64,000 nt of DNA from Podarcis pityusensis. Lineage: Eukaryota. Shown here one piece after another: positions 47,926 to 60,420 of this stretch. Position 1 is the stretch's first letter. Every line of letters starts with the position of its first letter. The notes beneath the pieces are model-generated. The model was not told where the DNA came from. It did not search any database and saw only the letters and a list, made by a program, of their open reading frames with translations. The DNA lies in assembly GCA_964106645.2 (NCBI GenBank), contig OZ067038.1, one strand, 5' to 3'. The translations under genes and the position numbers were made by a program.

Positions 47926-48029
47926 GTAAAAGCAAAGAAGAGTGTGGTGGATCCTACTAGGAAGATTGCAGCCGCTGATACAGGGACATACTTGCTGGGT
48001 TTGAATCTCTTTCCAGATGCTGCTGGCAT
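47926..48029 (-). CDS. ZDHHC5: ZDHHC5 first coding segment (104 nt): [34 protein letters not shown](T); palmitoyltransferase ZDHHC5
   Basis: CCAACATGC start context, GTGAGT donor, recognisable N-terminus. Missed by the ORF track. Confidence 0.96.
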
Positions 48030-49124
48030 GTTGGAGCTCTGATCGATGATCCGCCCTGCAGCATAGCCTAGGCCCAACTGGAGTCAGAAAGGACAAGAAA
48101 ATGCAGGAGGGACCTTCAAAAAGAAAAGCAACTGTGCAAAGGAGAGACTTTTAAATCTGTATTCAAGTTCTTGTAGTTAGCTGTTACGAGTCAGATCAGA
48201 TTTACAGTATGATCCAGATGAAAATGAATAGTAGTATGCACAACCAAAGAAAGTGTCACAGAAGACAACAATGGGAATTCTATATGTAGTCCCAAGATTC
48301 TTGTGGGGCAAGGAAAATTAAAAATATAAAAGGAGAGCTTGTACTCCAATTGAAAATTCTAGTGGTTCAAGAAATTGCACAGGTTCCTGTACCAGGAAAG
48401 CCCTGTAAAAATGTGCGCTTCCTAGAGTAGAGTAGAGATGATCCTCTTCTGAGGTGACACAGAGTTGAAAAATGCAGCAAATGAAGTATAAGAACTGGGC
48501 TAGATGTTTTAGTGCAAGAGTGCAGGATGAGCCAAATAAGCACCCCAACGAAGGTGATCAATGAAAGACACAAGGTATATACTAGGTTTTGATGGTTTGC
48601 TTTGTTATTATTTTTGTTTCAGAAAACACATGGTAATTTTGCAATGTAGACTCTGGAGCAAGTTTCTCCTTTTTAATCTGTTTGTTGTTGCTCAGCGGAA
48701 GGTTATTGTGTTAGCAAATCTGCCATGCTTGTGCACATCATTCTCTGCCCCCCACCTCGTGCCGCAAATGTTCTCTTCTTTTAAAGTAGGAGCACTCTCC
48801 CCTGATTTCACCAGGAACTAGGGTTGTCTGGCATTCGTTGTTTAATTTTGTTTATTTCTCTCTTGACTACTAAATCCGGGTAACAGCTGGTGCAAGGTTG
48901 AGCTGAAAATCCTTTTCTTTCAAGGGGGAGTAGGGGGCACACTGGAAGGCTGGTCTTGCGTTTTAGTCTCCTTATTTGTTCCCTTGTGTACAACACCAAA
49001 AATCCTTCAACAAGTCCAGTTTTACTGGTAAAAACTGAAAATTAAGTTTGAGATTGCTTCATTAATTATGGATCAGTTGTGTCTGGAGTAGACCCAGTTA
49101 GAGACTGAGTTTTCAAATGTTTTC
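48030..49124 (-). other. ZDHHC5: Predicted ~1.1 kb 5'UTR part of ZDHHC5 exon 2
   Basis: TTTTGGATTTTTAG acceptor at 49125-49126; no recognisable repeats in the interval; mammalian ZDHHC5 is recalled to have a similarly long leader exon. Confidence 0.55.
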
Positions 49125-51674
49125 CTAAAAATCCAAAATGTAACTGACAGTAAAAAGAAAAGATGCCTGGGACCTCCACACCCATGTCCTAGAGCACTTT
49201 GTCTGCTGCAAACTGTTGCATTCTCACACAAATAAAATTAATCCTTATTCATTCATATTTGCTTTAAAAGTCTTTAAATCATTTTGCCAACTTGTCATCT
49301 TGAGCTTCTTGTACCTAGAAGAGATAAAAATAAGGTTAAGCATTCAAGAGAAAGTGCAATGCAGTACTGATCCTTAGTACAGATCTGAGAGTTAAGAGCC
49401 AAAGTACTTTTCCCATATGAGAACCTATAATTATGGGTAACAGTCTTATGTGACTCAGTTTCCACATCTGTAAAACTTGTGAGACATGTTATATTTAGGA
49501 CACACACCAGGACATATTTTGCACTCAGGGAACTTCAAACATCCATTAACTCATTCCGGATTTTGGGATTATCTAAAATTATCTATTAATGTTAATAAAA
49601 CTGAAATCCAAAACCCAGTGGCTTACCTTTATTTTCAGCATATTCAGAGCCAGGACTCCACTCTTTTAAAAAGGCAGATTTTCAAAATTATTGCACTTCA
49701 AAAGACAGTATACATTAAGACAACTAACTCTTTGTTCTACCAGAATTAGGTGATTGTTTCTCAAAATGTCAGGGTCAAATATTTCATGGCTTGTATCTTA
49801 AAAGGCACACTCTTTACTGTTATAAAGTTTTTATCCTTAAAATAGATTTGCAGAACCTAACTTTCAGATCTGTTACTTTGCCCATCAGTCCTTTAAGCCT
49901 CTCCCCAGCTATGCACATCCCCTTTGACTGTATTTCCCATTGGTCAGATTCTCTCTCCTTTCTTCTGATATGCCTTCTGGATGTTGCTTGCAAGATGATT
50001 AATAGCCTTCTCTTTCCCTTATAGGTTTAACAAACAGATTCCTACAAGCAGGAACCTTGTAGTGTTTTCCAGCTCATAATGCTGTTGTGCATCCCCAACC
50101 AATAAAAGAACTCCTGTTCAGCAGCCAGCCTGGATCAGGAGCTTTGGAATGAATGGTCAGTGTTGCTTCCCCCCCGCCATTGGGTGGGGTTTCAGGGAGA
50201 TTATTTCTGACTCCCCCAAGCCTTTCCTTACCCCACTATATAATACCAAAGGGTTCTGGACTGGTTGCAAGCCCAGTTTATAACTGAGCAGTTTATAACA
50301 ACATGGGGGGGCGGCTTCTAAGAAGTGTGGTAAAGGGAAAATATGTGCTTTTTTTTTTTTAACTTCATGCCATTTTTCTGCAGGGGCATCTGGAAAACAA
50401 CCTTGCCCTGAAGGAAGGGGAGAAGAAAGAAGCTTGGGGATTCCACCCATCCTGCTCCCATTGTGGCCCCTCCATTGTCCAAATGCCATCACATGGATTC
50501 CTGTAGAACCAACTTGCCCCGAGGAGACTGGAAAAGAGAAACAGCCTGGTGAACAGCCAACACCCAGCTGCTATAGCAACCCTTCCCCCAAACTGCAGTC
50601 ACAGTTTAGCTTCTTTGCTACCTATCAGCAAGAACATCCCACAAAGAAGGGAGGTGTGATCAGTGGTAATGAAAAACTCATATGAGAAATGAGACACCTG
50701 AAGAGTGAACTAATTGACATGATACAGGGAACTGTGGGATTAAATCATTTAACAAAGACATTTCAGAACCTTAAAACCCACTTTTCTAATTATTTACTAA
50801 GTATGATAGTACTGTCTCTCAGAACAACTTTTGAAAAAGAAACATCAATGATCAGAGTAGAATAAGACTATTGTTTGAGATTACAGGATGAGTCAGGTCC
50901 CTAGAAATACAGTAGGAGGTCTGTATACTTTGACTACCCAAATCCAAATAAAATTTCACGAAAGAGCTATTCCCTAGGGCCTAGAGCTAACTATAGGCTG
51001 AGTTATTTTAACTGGACCAGACAAAAAATTCCAAGGCCAATAGAAACATAGCAAGAAGGTGTGGTACTCAATGTCTAGGAGTAACTATATTAAATGTGAT
51101 GATCCCACTAGAATATCACAGAACCTTGCAGGACGGTACAATAAATGAATATGTACAGAATTTTTTTACAATACCTCAAGTTCAAAGTTACCCATCTCCA
51201 ATAAAAAAGGGAGTCGAAATACAGAGGACAAAGGAACTAGAGAAAGGAAGAACATAAGGGGGGAAAGGCAGTGAATCTGTATATAATTTAACTGTACATC
51301 CAGAATGTAGCCATTTGGGCTCTCTGGAGCAAAGGGGTAAGAAATGGTGCTAATGGAAATTCCAGGGCAGGCAGTGAGAGAGGACAGACAAGACCTTGCA
51401 GACAGCAACTATACTAAGACTATTTACTTATGGAAACCATCCTCCACTGCTGTTTAACCATGCTGATCCCCCTTTGTCTTATTTGCATCTTTTTTGAGCA
51501 GTGACATGAATTTTATTTGACCTTCCACATAGCTTTAAGTAACTTCCAGGCTTCCTGGTGGGATCTGATACTTCTGTGTCTTACCACTTCTGTGTCTTAC
51601 CATCTTCCTTTTAACAGATTCAAAGGGTGGGATTAAACTAATGGGTCCCCTCAGTGGAAGTCCTGCGCAAAGAC

Positions 51675-51675
<1 letters not shown>

Positions 51676-51715
<40 letters not shown>

Positions 51716-51928
51716 TATTTATACCCCGCCCATCTGGCTGGGTTTCCCCAGCCACTCTGGGCGGCTTCCCACAAAAGATTTAAAATACAGTAAGACATCA
51801 ATCATTAAAAACTTCTCTAAACAGGGCTGCCTTCAGATGTCTTCTAAACGTGAGATAGTTGTTTATTTCTTTGACATCTGATGGGAGGGCGTTCCACAGA
51901 GCGGGCATCACTACCGAGAAGGCCCTCT
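51676..51928 (-). mobile_element. L2 LINE 3' end with (AAT)n tail
   Basis: Reverse-complement match to ~40430-40670. Confidence 0.85.
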
Positions 51929-53977
51929 TCTGTTTCTCTGTGCGATGGGGCTTCCCCCACCCCATACACATGCTAAAAGTAATTGACTCTGGGAGGATCA
52001 GGGAAAACCCTGGAGGAGAGGGGGATTGCTATGCATGGCAAGGAAGAACATGACACTGAATTTCTAATTTGTTAGAACTGCTGCACTCTACACACACACA
52101 AAGAAATATAGTGAAATGTTGGCCTTTCTGGGAAATTTCCCACACTCACATGCTAAATTAAATTAAAAATAAATCTGATAGCATTTGTTCAATTATTTCC
52201 AAGCAGACTGACAGCATTTCTAGAAGTGACCAGAGGAGGAATGACGACTGCAGAGAGTGCAGAGAGAAGAAACACCAAGCTGCATCTGCAGCAGAACAAT
52301 CTGCCCCAGCTGCAACAACCATGCCTGTCCCGTATCAGTCTCTACAATCACAACAAGCGCTGTAACTTTCCAACAGTTTAACCCTCAAATTGTCTCCTAT
52401 TGTCTCCCAAGACAGACGCATGCCAACCAATCAGACAGCACTTACATCTTCTATTAGATCCTGAGCACTGTTTTGGATAATTCAATAGTTGCCTCATTTT
52501 ATTGGTTGTATGACTAATTGTTGCATGGCAAAATGTGTGGGGTTTTTTAAAACCAGAAATGTTATCTGACAGACCTATGGTCCCCCCAAAAAGCTTTTGT
52601 TGCTTTGGCCACCAGCAACTGAGTGAAAACAACAAGCATTTATGTTCCTACATTTTCTACTTATATGCCACTTGAAAAGAAAGTGGTTAAGAATTCAGAA
52701 ACTGATGCTAGTCAAGGCACATTGAAATTAATGGATCTAAGTTAATCACATCAATTAATTTCAACAGAACTTACTATGAACAGAACTAAGATTGGAAGCA
52801 ATCCTGAAAACTAACCATGATTTAACTCTTGCATGTAACAGCAGTAATTTAGCTGTCATTGTCAACCAGTGATGTGGGGTTTCTGGAAAACTTCTGGAGG
52901 GAATTTCGATACAAATTATAGAGTAAATTGCATGATATAATTTGTGGTGCCTTAAGTGATTTAAATTAGAATATTTATTTTATTTGCATTTAGAGGAAAA
53001 AGCCAAAAACATTGCCAAGCTTTTTAAATATTTATTAGTAACTGGCGTGCATTCAGTATTATGAACAAACTTATGAAAGTGAAAAGTTTCTATGGAGAAA
53101 TAAAGCACTGGAAAATGTTACACCCACATCACTATCTCAGCTAGACAATCTACTTCCAGAATCCTTTTAAAAGCAGCAAATCTATTTGTTTGCTCCATTA
53201 TCTTCAGTATAGGTCCATCTTTTCCCAGGCACAGGTCAAATAAATGCATTTCTCTCTAGAAAAATACCAGTCGCAATATTTTCCTTTCAAGATGCCCGTC
53301 TCCACCCCACCCCCAATGCTCAAATAATTACAACCATTCATATGCAGATTTGCACCTCCATAAATTGTACAGTTTCAACAACATCCTGCTAGAGGGAAGG
53401 TCATATGCCTCCCTACAGCCCCCCAGGGTGACCTACCATACTGTTTTGAAAAGCACCCCAGTGCCCTATATCAGCTTTTTAGGGGGCACATAGGGAAGAC
53501 GGTATTGGCAAAAATCATCTCCCTGTACCCTTCCTCCAGCACACCACTACTCTTACCACAAGACTCAATCCAAATCAACAATTGCTATTTCAAACAATTA
53601 CCCTAAATTTCAACTGTATATAATAATGAAAACTCAATGAGTACTATGTTGTTTGCTGGCATACAGAATAAGAATTCTAATTCAGGTAAGAGCTTGTCAA
53701 TGGAGTTTCATGCAGCAGCATTACCTGAACCATCCTCAGCAAACTGCTTATTCTGTTATTTATGTTATAACAAATTAGAAAAAAATACTTAGTGTTCAGT
53801 TTTAATTTTCTGCAATCTCTTCTTCCAATGTGACTCAGATACCTCATTTCCAGTACATCTGATATTACCCTCTTTATTCACTCTTCCTTCTTAAAAAAAA
53901 TATTTTCTGACTTGAATTATCAGCCCTCACACTTTTCACACATTATCATTTTCCTATAGTTAAATAATGAACATGTA

Positions 53978-54213
53978 CAGTGAACGCTTGGGTTGTGAAC
54001 GTGATCCGTGCAGGATGCACATTCACCATCCGCGTCTGTGCAAGCGTGGGTTGTGGTTCGGTGCTTCTGCGCATGTGCAAAGCGCGATTTAGCACTTCTG
54101 TGCATGCGCAACCGCCGAAACCCGGAAGTAACCCGTTCCAGTACTTCCGGATTTTGGCGGTCCGCAACCTGAAAAAACGCAACCTGAAGTGGCTGTAACC
54201 CGAGGTATGACTG
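53978..54213. mobile_element. Tc1/mariner (Tigger-like) MITE
   Basis: TA|CAGTGAACGCTTGGGTT ... AACCCGAGGTATGACTG|TA. Confidence 0.75.
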
Positions 54214-54855
54214 TATTGCTGATTTTCACCCTGAAGCCCTTTCATTCAGCCACCAGACTTCCCAATTTACCAAGGCTACCAATACAGTATAAGTAAAATG
54301 ACTCTCTAAAGTGTTCCCTGGTATTATTTTCTTCATGTCCAAATATTACCTTCTATAGCCTTTCTAGTTGTCTCTTATCCACCTAAGCTTCCTTTTAGAA
54401 GAATCTGTTTCGTGATTTTCCCCACCTTTCCCCAGACACCATTACTCAGGTCACCATTACTTACTTACCCATACTGTTTTTTCACCTCACTGAACTTAAC
54501 TCCAAACCCTTAGTCAAGGCAGCCAGTTTTGAAATTCACCCATTTCCCCCCCCCACAACTTTCCCCAATTCCTTATCCTTTACATTTTCATTAAAGCATC
54601 AACAGTCTCAGGTGAACCATGACAGCAGTACCTTCAATCTGCCTCCTTACACAAGCTCCACTATTCTTTACACCTCCAATTCATACATATACAAAGGCTG
54701 TACTACTGATTACAATTTCTTCTGCTCCCTAAACCCATAATTTCTTCACTCTAGAACACTATCAACAGTGTTTATATTAGGCAATAGTCTTCCTGAAACA
54801 ATACCATATTCTTTTTTCAAAAACTTATTGGCATCTCACTCACCACCTCAAAGTA

Positions 54856-55252
54856 CCGTATTTTTCGCTCCATAAGATGCATGTTTTTCCACCTAAAAAG
54901 TAAAGGGAAATGTCTGTGCGTCTTATGGAGCGAATGTGTGGTCCCTGGCAGCGGCAGAGCTGGGAACTTTGGTTCCCGGAGTGGCACGTCGCCCGTGCGA
55001 GCGTCCCCCACCTGTGCAAGGGGGTGGGGAAAGGTGAGGCAGGGGAAGAGGGCTTTAGAACACTCTTTAGAGTTCCCTCCATCTGAGGAGCTCTGTGACT
55101 TGCATGAGAGCAGCCAGGAGCCAGCACAGAGGGGGATCTTTCTCCCTCGCGCGCTCTGTCCAATTGGGATGGGGAGCTTTTTTGTTGCTTTCCTCCTCTA
55201 AAAACTAGGTGCATCTTATGGTCAGGTGCGTCTGATGGAGCAAAAAATACGG
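54856..55252. mobile_element. Tc2/pogo-type MITE
   Basis: TA|CCGTATTTTTCGCTCCATAAGA ... TCTGATGGAGCAAAAAATACGG|TA. Confidence 0.85.
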
Positions 55253-55838
55253 TAATGCTATCTGTATTCACCAAGGCTTACTAGACTAGAATTCTAAGGA
55301 TACAATTCTGTGCCACATGCTGCAGTAGGTTTTTAGCTTTTTCTATTTTATCTGTAAGCTGCCTTGAGTCCCAGACAGAGTAAAAGGTGGGAAATAATGA
55401 TCATAATAGGTGGAGAGGAAGTAATGGCATATATGATACACAAGCCCACTTCTTCAAGCCACTTTACAAATTAAGCTGTTGTTTTGTTTCTCAAGCCACT
55501 TTGCACAATATAGATGTAACTGCAAAGCTTCCTAAAAACAATCTCACAAGAGCTAGTAACTGTTTAAAGATGTTTATCCAAATAAGGCCCAGTTTTTAGC
55601 TCTAGTGCTGCAAAGTTCCAAGAATATCTTTATTCAGATCCTAAAGAGGAGTGTCTCTTAAACAGCTAACTTCAAATTATTGTCAACAGTTTTCCATCAT
55701 ATTAAAACAAGTTTGGCTTGAATAGTTGTTTTTAAAAATGTCAATTTCCTGCCGTCTTAAACAACTAGGTTAATATTAATTTAGCCATAAGAATGCTAGT
55801 CCTACAGTTCATCATCAAACCAAATCAATGCCCTAACA

Positions 55839-56057
55839 CAGAGATGTCCAACAGGTTGATTGTGTTTGACTGGGATCCCCAGGAGGTTCTGACCTGAACC
55901 CCCCCCCCCAAAAAAAGGGACATTCCTCCTCCATTCCTCCCTAAAAAAGCTCAACAACTTTGACCTGAAACCTCCCCAACAAAGGGGTAGATCACTGCCA
56001 GTTTTTGTTTTTTATTCTGTGAGTAGATTGCAGTCTGTTGGGAGTTGGACATCCCTG
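55839..56057. mobile_element. hAT MITE, same family as 33848-34222
   Basis: Perfect 8-bp TSD CCCTAACA; shared CTCAACAACTTTGACCTGAA units and GGGGTAGATCACTGCCAG. Confidence 0.85.
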
Positions 56058-56396
56058 CCCTAACAGATTCACTGTGTGAAAAGAAGATATTCTATGTAAA
56101 ATGAAGAACCATTTTTTCAGATATGAATATTTACACCTAAACATATGCATTTCATTCTCATTGATAAAAAAACAGCTCTAGTCTAACCAGTCACCATCAG
56201 ATCTTGCTTCTACGTGTAAGTATGGACTTTTTTGCAGGGTGGGAGGCTGGACCAAGGCAGAATAAAGTAGAAAACACATTACAGCAGCAATGACAATATT
56301 ACCCAGTCAGCAGGTTCCTATATTCCCATATTTAAATGCACAAACTGTCACAAGTGCTATGATTCTTATATAGGGATTTTAAGGACATTACCTCTA

Positions 56397-56626
56397 CAGT
56401 GGTACCTCCAGTTACGAACTTAATTCGTTCAGGAGGTCCGTTTGTAACCCGAAACCGTTCTTAACATGAGGCGCGCTTTTGCTAATGGTGCCTCCCACTG
56501 CTGCTGCACTACTTCCGCTCGCATCCCGGGACAAAGTTCCCAACCAGGAGACCTACTTCTGGGTTAGCGGAGCTCGTAACCCGAAGCATTCATAAGGTGG
56601 GCGGTACGTAACACGAGTTTCCACTG
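56397..56626. mobile_element. Tc1/mariner MITE, inverted copy of the 6506-6750 family
   Basis: TA|CAGTGGTACCTC ... GAGTTTCCACTG|TA; internal sequence is the reverse complement of 6506-6750. Confidence 0.85.
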
Positions 56627-57984
56627 TATAGCAAAAAGAATAGCATGCAAAATATATACAGTGCAATGTCACATACTCAGTTGCTAGATTTTGCACTGCC
56701 CTGATGGACATACGTCAAAGGACGTTTTGTCTCACAAACCAGGCCTAAACAGAAGGCCCATAATGCAAGACCTGTGCTGCTTCACGTTCCCTCCCTTATA
56801 GTCACTTTTAACCATTTGTCTTTTCTCTCTTTCTGCTTTAAATTTATGTGAGTTATAACTATTTGCTTTTACCTGTCTCCTCTTTAAGTCTTATGTGCTT
56901 TATTTTATTTGCGTGTTTGTATCTTATGCTGGTCTGCGACCTTAATAAAGTTTGTTGTTGTTGTACAGTGCAATAAAGACACACAGTCTTGCAGTAATAT
57001 CCACCCTGCTCATATTAAATTAAAGCTTGCTGGCTGGGTAGACTCAAGCTGGTGCTCTTGAGCTCACTAAAGAGCTTCTGAACCAGCATATGCCTCTACT
57101 AATGGAAGTGTGGGGGCTATATTTGCATATTATCCCCCCAGCCCCTGAAAACAGGCTGCAGATAATTGGCAGACCTGTCAGAAGAGGGAAGAAGGTGACC
57201 CAGAGGCAGGAGAAGTGAAATCAACAAAAACTGCTTGCTTTCTCTTTGCTGGATCAAAAGCACTTATGTGAAAGTAAGGGCACCAACTGAAATGCACCCA
57301 CACTCAACTTAAAAACGTACACTTATTCTTTAAAGTGCTTTACAATTCTATTCGGGTTCAATATTTCCTGCTTTCCTTTTATTTTTCCAATCACATTTGA
57401 AGGGATCTCTGAAATATTCTGATATGTGTCCTTGCCTGAATAGTTGCTAGAACCTTCTTCTCTTCATTATCTACAGGGAAGGGCAAAGTTCTCATCATAC
57501 AATACAGGATATGTTTTCTTGCACAAAGATCAGCTTATCACTATATACTGTCTCTTCCAAGTGAACAAGGTTTTCCAAACAACTGGAAAGAACGGGAAAC
57601 ACATATACAGCTATGATTCATTACTGTGATTTATACTTTTCATGATAAAATACATTTAAGGAATGGAGACATTACCACAGTATACTCACTAATTAGTTAA
57701 ACTTTATCAAGATTTAGATATGATGTAGTGTAACTTTTACCTAATCAAAGCCTCTATCACATGTGAATCACACTGGCCCCACCTTCAGGCATGGGTGTTG
57801 ATTTCACACAAACACACCATGGAAGCAAAGCTGAAAGCCCAGTAACTCTCTGTGAACCACATGTACATCGCCTTGGGTTCCATAGTGGAAGAAAGGTAGG
57901 ATATAAAAAGAATAAATTTTCAGAAATAAAACAATGCCATGTGAGTCTCTCTGGGTATTCCACAGATGGGCACTACTACCAAGA

Positions 57985-58320
57985 AGGCTATACTCAGATG
58001 ACAGAAGTGCCTGGAGTGAAGTTTCCAAAGAGGACCTTAATGTACATACAGGTTGGTATGAGAGCAGGCAGCCCTTTGGGTACTTGAGTCCTAAGCCTTG
58101 TAGGACTTTAAAGATAAGCTGCAGCACTTTGAATGGTACTTGGAAATGGACTGGAAGCCAATGTAAGTTTCTGAAGACCAGTGTGATGCGTTTCTACTGA
58201 TTAGCCCCAGCCCCTGGTGGCTATATCTAGAACTAACTGCAGTTAATTCTTCAAAGATTCCCACATATAATACATTTCAGTAATTAATCCTAGGTGTTAC
58301 AGAGCATAGAAAACAGTGGG
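57985..58320 (-). mobile_element. Degraded L2 fragment
   Basis: ORF 57804..58127 LIFKVLQGLGLKYPKGCLLSYQPVCTLRSS parallels LIFKALNGLGPVYLKDYLHPHRSAQTLRSS at 40.3 kb. Confidence 0.7.
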
Positions 58321-59499
58321 CATCAGAATATCGTATAGGTGACATGCCATATAGAACAGAGGGGAACAGTTGGGGTTGCAGGGAGAATTATCAGTATGGA
58401 AATATAAAGGAGGAAACAACTGATAAATGATTGTACTGATCAAGGAGCTGTGCATGCTGTATAGGTGCAGAAGGAAAGAGGCTTAACAGAGAGAGGGGTT
58501 CAGGAATAAAAAGGATTAACAGGTAATGACTTAAAAGGAAAAACAACAAGCTAGAATAGTACCCCCCCAAAAAATCCTAGTTAATGTTACCATGCAATCT
58601 AAGTTAATATCTAAAAGCGGCCTTCAAATTCATTTAAATTGTTGAGGAGTTAGGATAATAAGGAAAACATAAGATACTTCAATTCCTGAAGTGCTTGTTC
58701 AAGCAAACATTAACAGATGAGGGAGGACCTGCTCCATCCATTACCAAGGTGACTTTGTGTACAGGAGATAAAAAGGTTTACTTCCTGAAAAGCAGGGCAG
58801 AGGCAAATGCTGGGATGTCTTCTTAACACTTTCAATTAGTCTTCCTTAAATAAAAACATGGGGTCTATATAACTGCCCAGGAAGCATTTGTGAGAAATAC
58901 AGATGGCATGCTCTTCTGAATAATCCCTAGAGAAGAAACCAAACTTCTTCACTTTTCCACCATATGAACACAAAGTAAGAAGCAAAGGAGAGGAGGGCTT
59001 GGTAAAGGTAAGAAGTGAAATATGATGTACAAGATATAAAAGTATCAGCTAGTTAACAAGTAAGTATCTTTGCTTTTCAGCAAGATCTTTCAAAGGGTTA
59101 CTTATGGAAAGCGTTATCGTCAGGAGAATAAGTAATGCCATCTACATTTTGCAACGCTATGATTACACACCCAACACAATATGGAAGACAAGCCCCGTTT
59201 CTATATTTCCAACTTGGTCCCCTCACTCCAACTATCGCCACACACCTACAGGCCGGGCCCAAAACTATAATTACAAACCTATTAGTAGATACGTTACCCT
59301 TAAAACAAGCGGCCTTAAGTAGGCCACCACCTTGTCAAGTGACCACGGTTTTATAGAACAGAAAGTGGGGGGGGGGGGGAGAGGAGAGAGAGAAGGAGCT
59401 TATCGGGAAAGGAACTTATCCACTCATGAGTATTACCGACAACACAAGCTGCTACCGGCACGGAACTCAACAGAAAAACACTTCGCAACCCTCTAAAAG

Positions 59500-60420
59500 C
59501 GAAAGTAACAGTAGCTGTCGCAAAGAGAGAGCGGGGGTGCGGCGGGGGCCACCTACGCGGGAAGGGCCCTGAGGGGACGTAGGTGGGGTGGAAGTTACAC
59601 TCTCGGCCAGCCCACGGCAGGAAAAGGATGGGATGGGGAGGTAAGGCGAGCGAGGGGGAAGCACGCGACGCGGCTACTTCCTTCTCTACTCCCTCACTCT
59701 TCACTACCCCGAGGAAGGGCAGGGAGACGTTAGGCCCCGCCGAGCCGTTGCTGAGGGAGTCCCTCTCCACGCCCGCCTCGCCCTTAGGTGGAGGTGAGCC
59801 TCTCCCTCCCGTGCCCTCGCTACCGTCACCCCCCGGCCCGCCTCGCCTGGCAACTCACCCGCCAAAAACGTTCCCGCTGGTGCCGCTGCCGCCGCCGCGC
59901 CTGGCTCCCGCCCTGTGAGGCGAGGAACTCGCTCGCTCGGCCCAAGCAGTGAGGAGAAGCACCAAGCAAGGGGCGCGGGGCGCGCACGCGCGCTCTCAAA
60001 GCCGTCCGGGCTCGCGACGCGGCTCGCCGGTTGGTCAGGTTGCTGCTCGCCCGCGCTCCCCCACGCGCGCGTGCGCACTCGCTCCCCAGTACACCCCGCC
60101 TTCGCCTTCCTTCGCTCGCGCTCTCGCGGGCATGCGCGGGAAGCGATAGGCTGAATGAAGGAAAGGATTCGTTTGCGTAAAAGGGGAGGAGCTGCGCGTC
60201 TACAAATCGTGATTGAGGGAAGAGAGGAGCAGCAGCAATAGCAACAGCGGCATTTCCACACGCATGCCCCGTCTCGTGGTACCCGAGAGGACCAGGACCA
60301 CCTTACGAAAGAACTGGGAGGGGTAGGGACGAAAGTATAGGGCGAGCATGCGTGAATCGTCCTCCCGTATGCAGATTATTTCTTGACGTCCCACTTCCAA
60401 GCACCTTATTGGCACGCTGC
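59500..60420 (-). promoter_or_regulatory. CpG island and ZDHHC5 promoter
   Basis: Very high CpG density; NRF1-like GCGCGTGCGC (~60067) and GCATGCGC (~60130); CRE-like TGACGTC (~60384); ATTGG (~60408). Confidence 0.8.
59859..60150 (-). other. ZDHHC5: Predicted non-coding exon 1 of ZDHHC5 (5' end approximate)
   Basis: GCGG|GTGAGT donor at 59858-59853 inside the CpG island. Confidence 0.55.
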
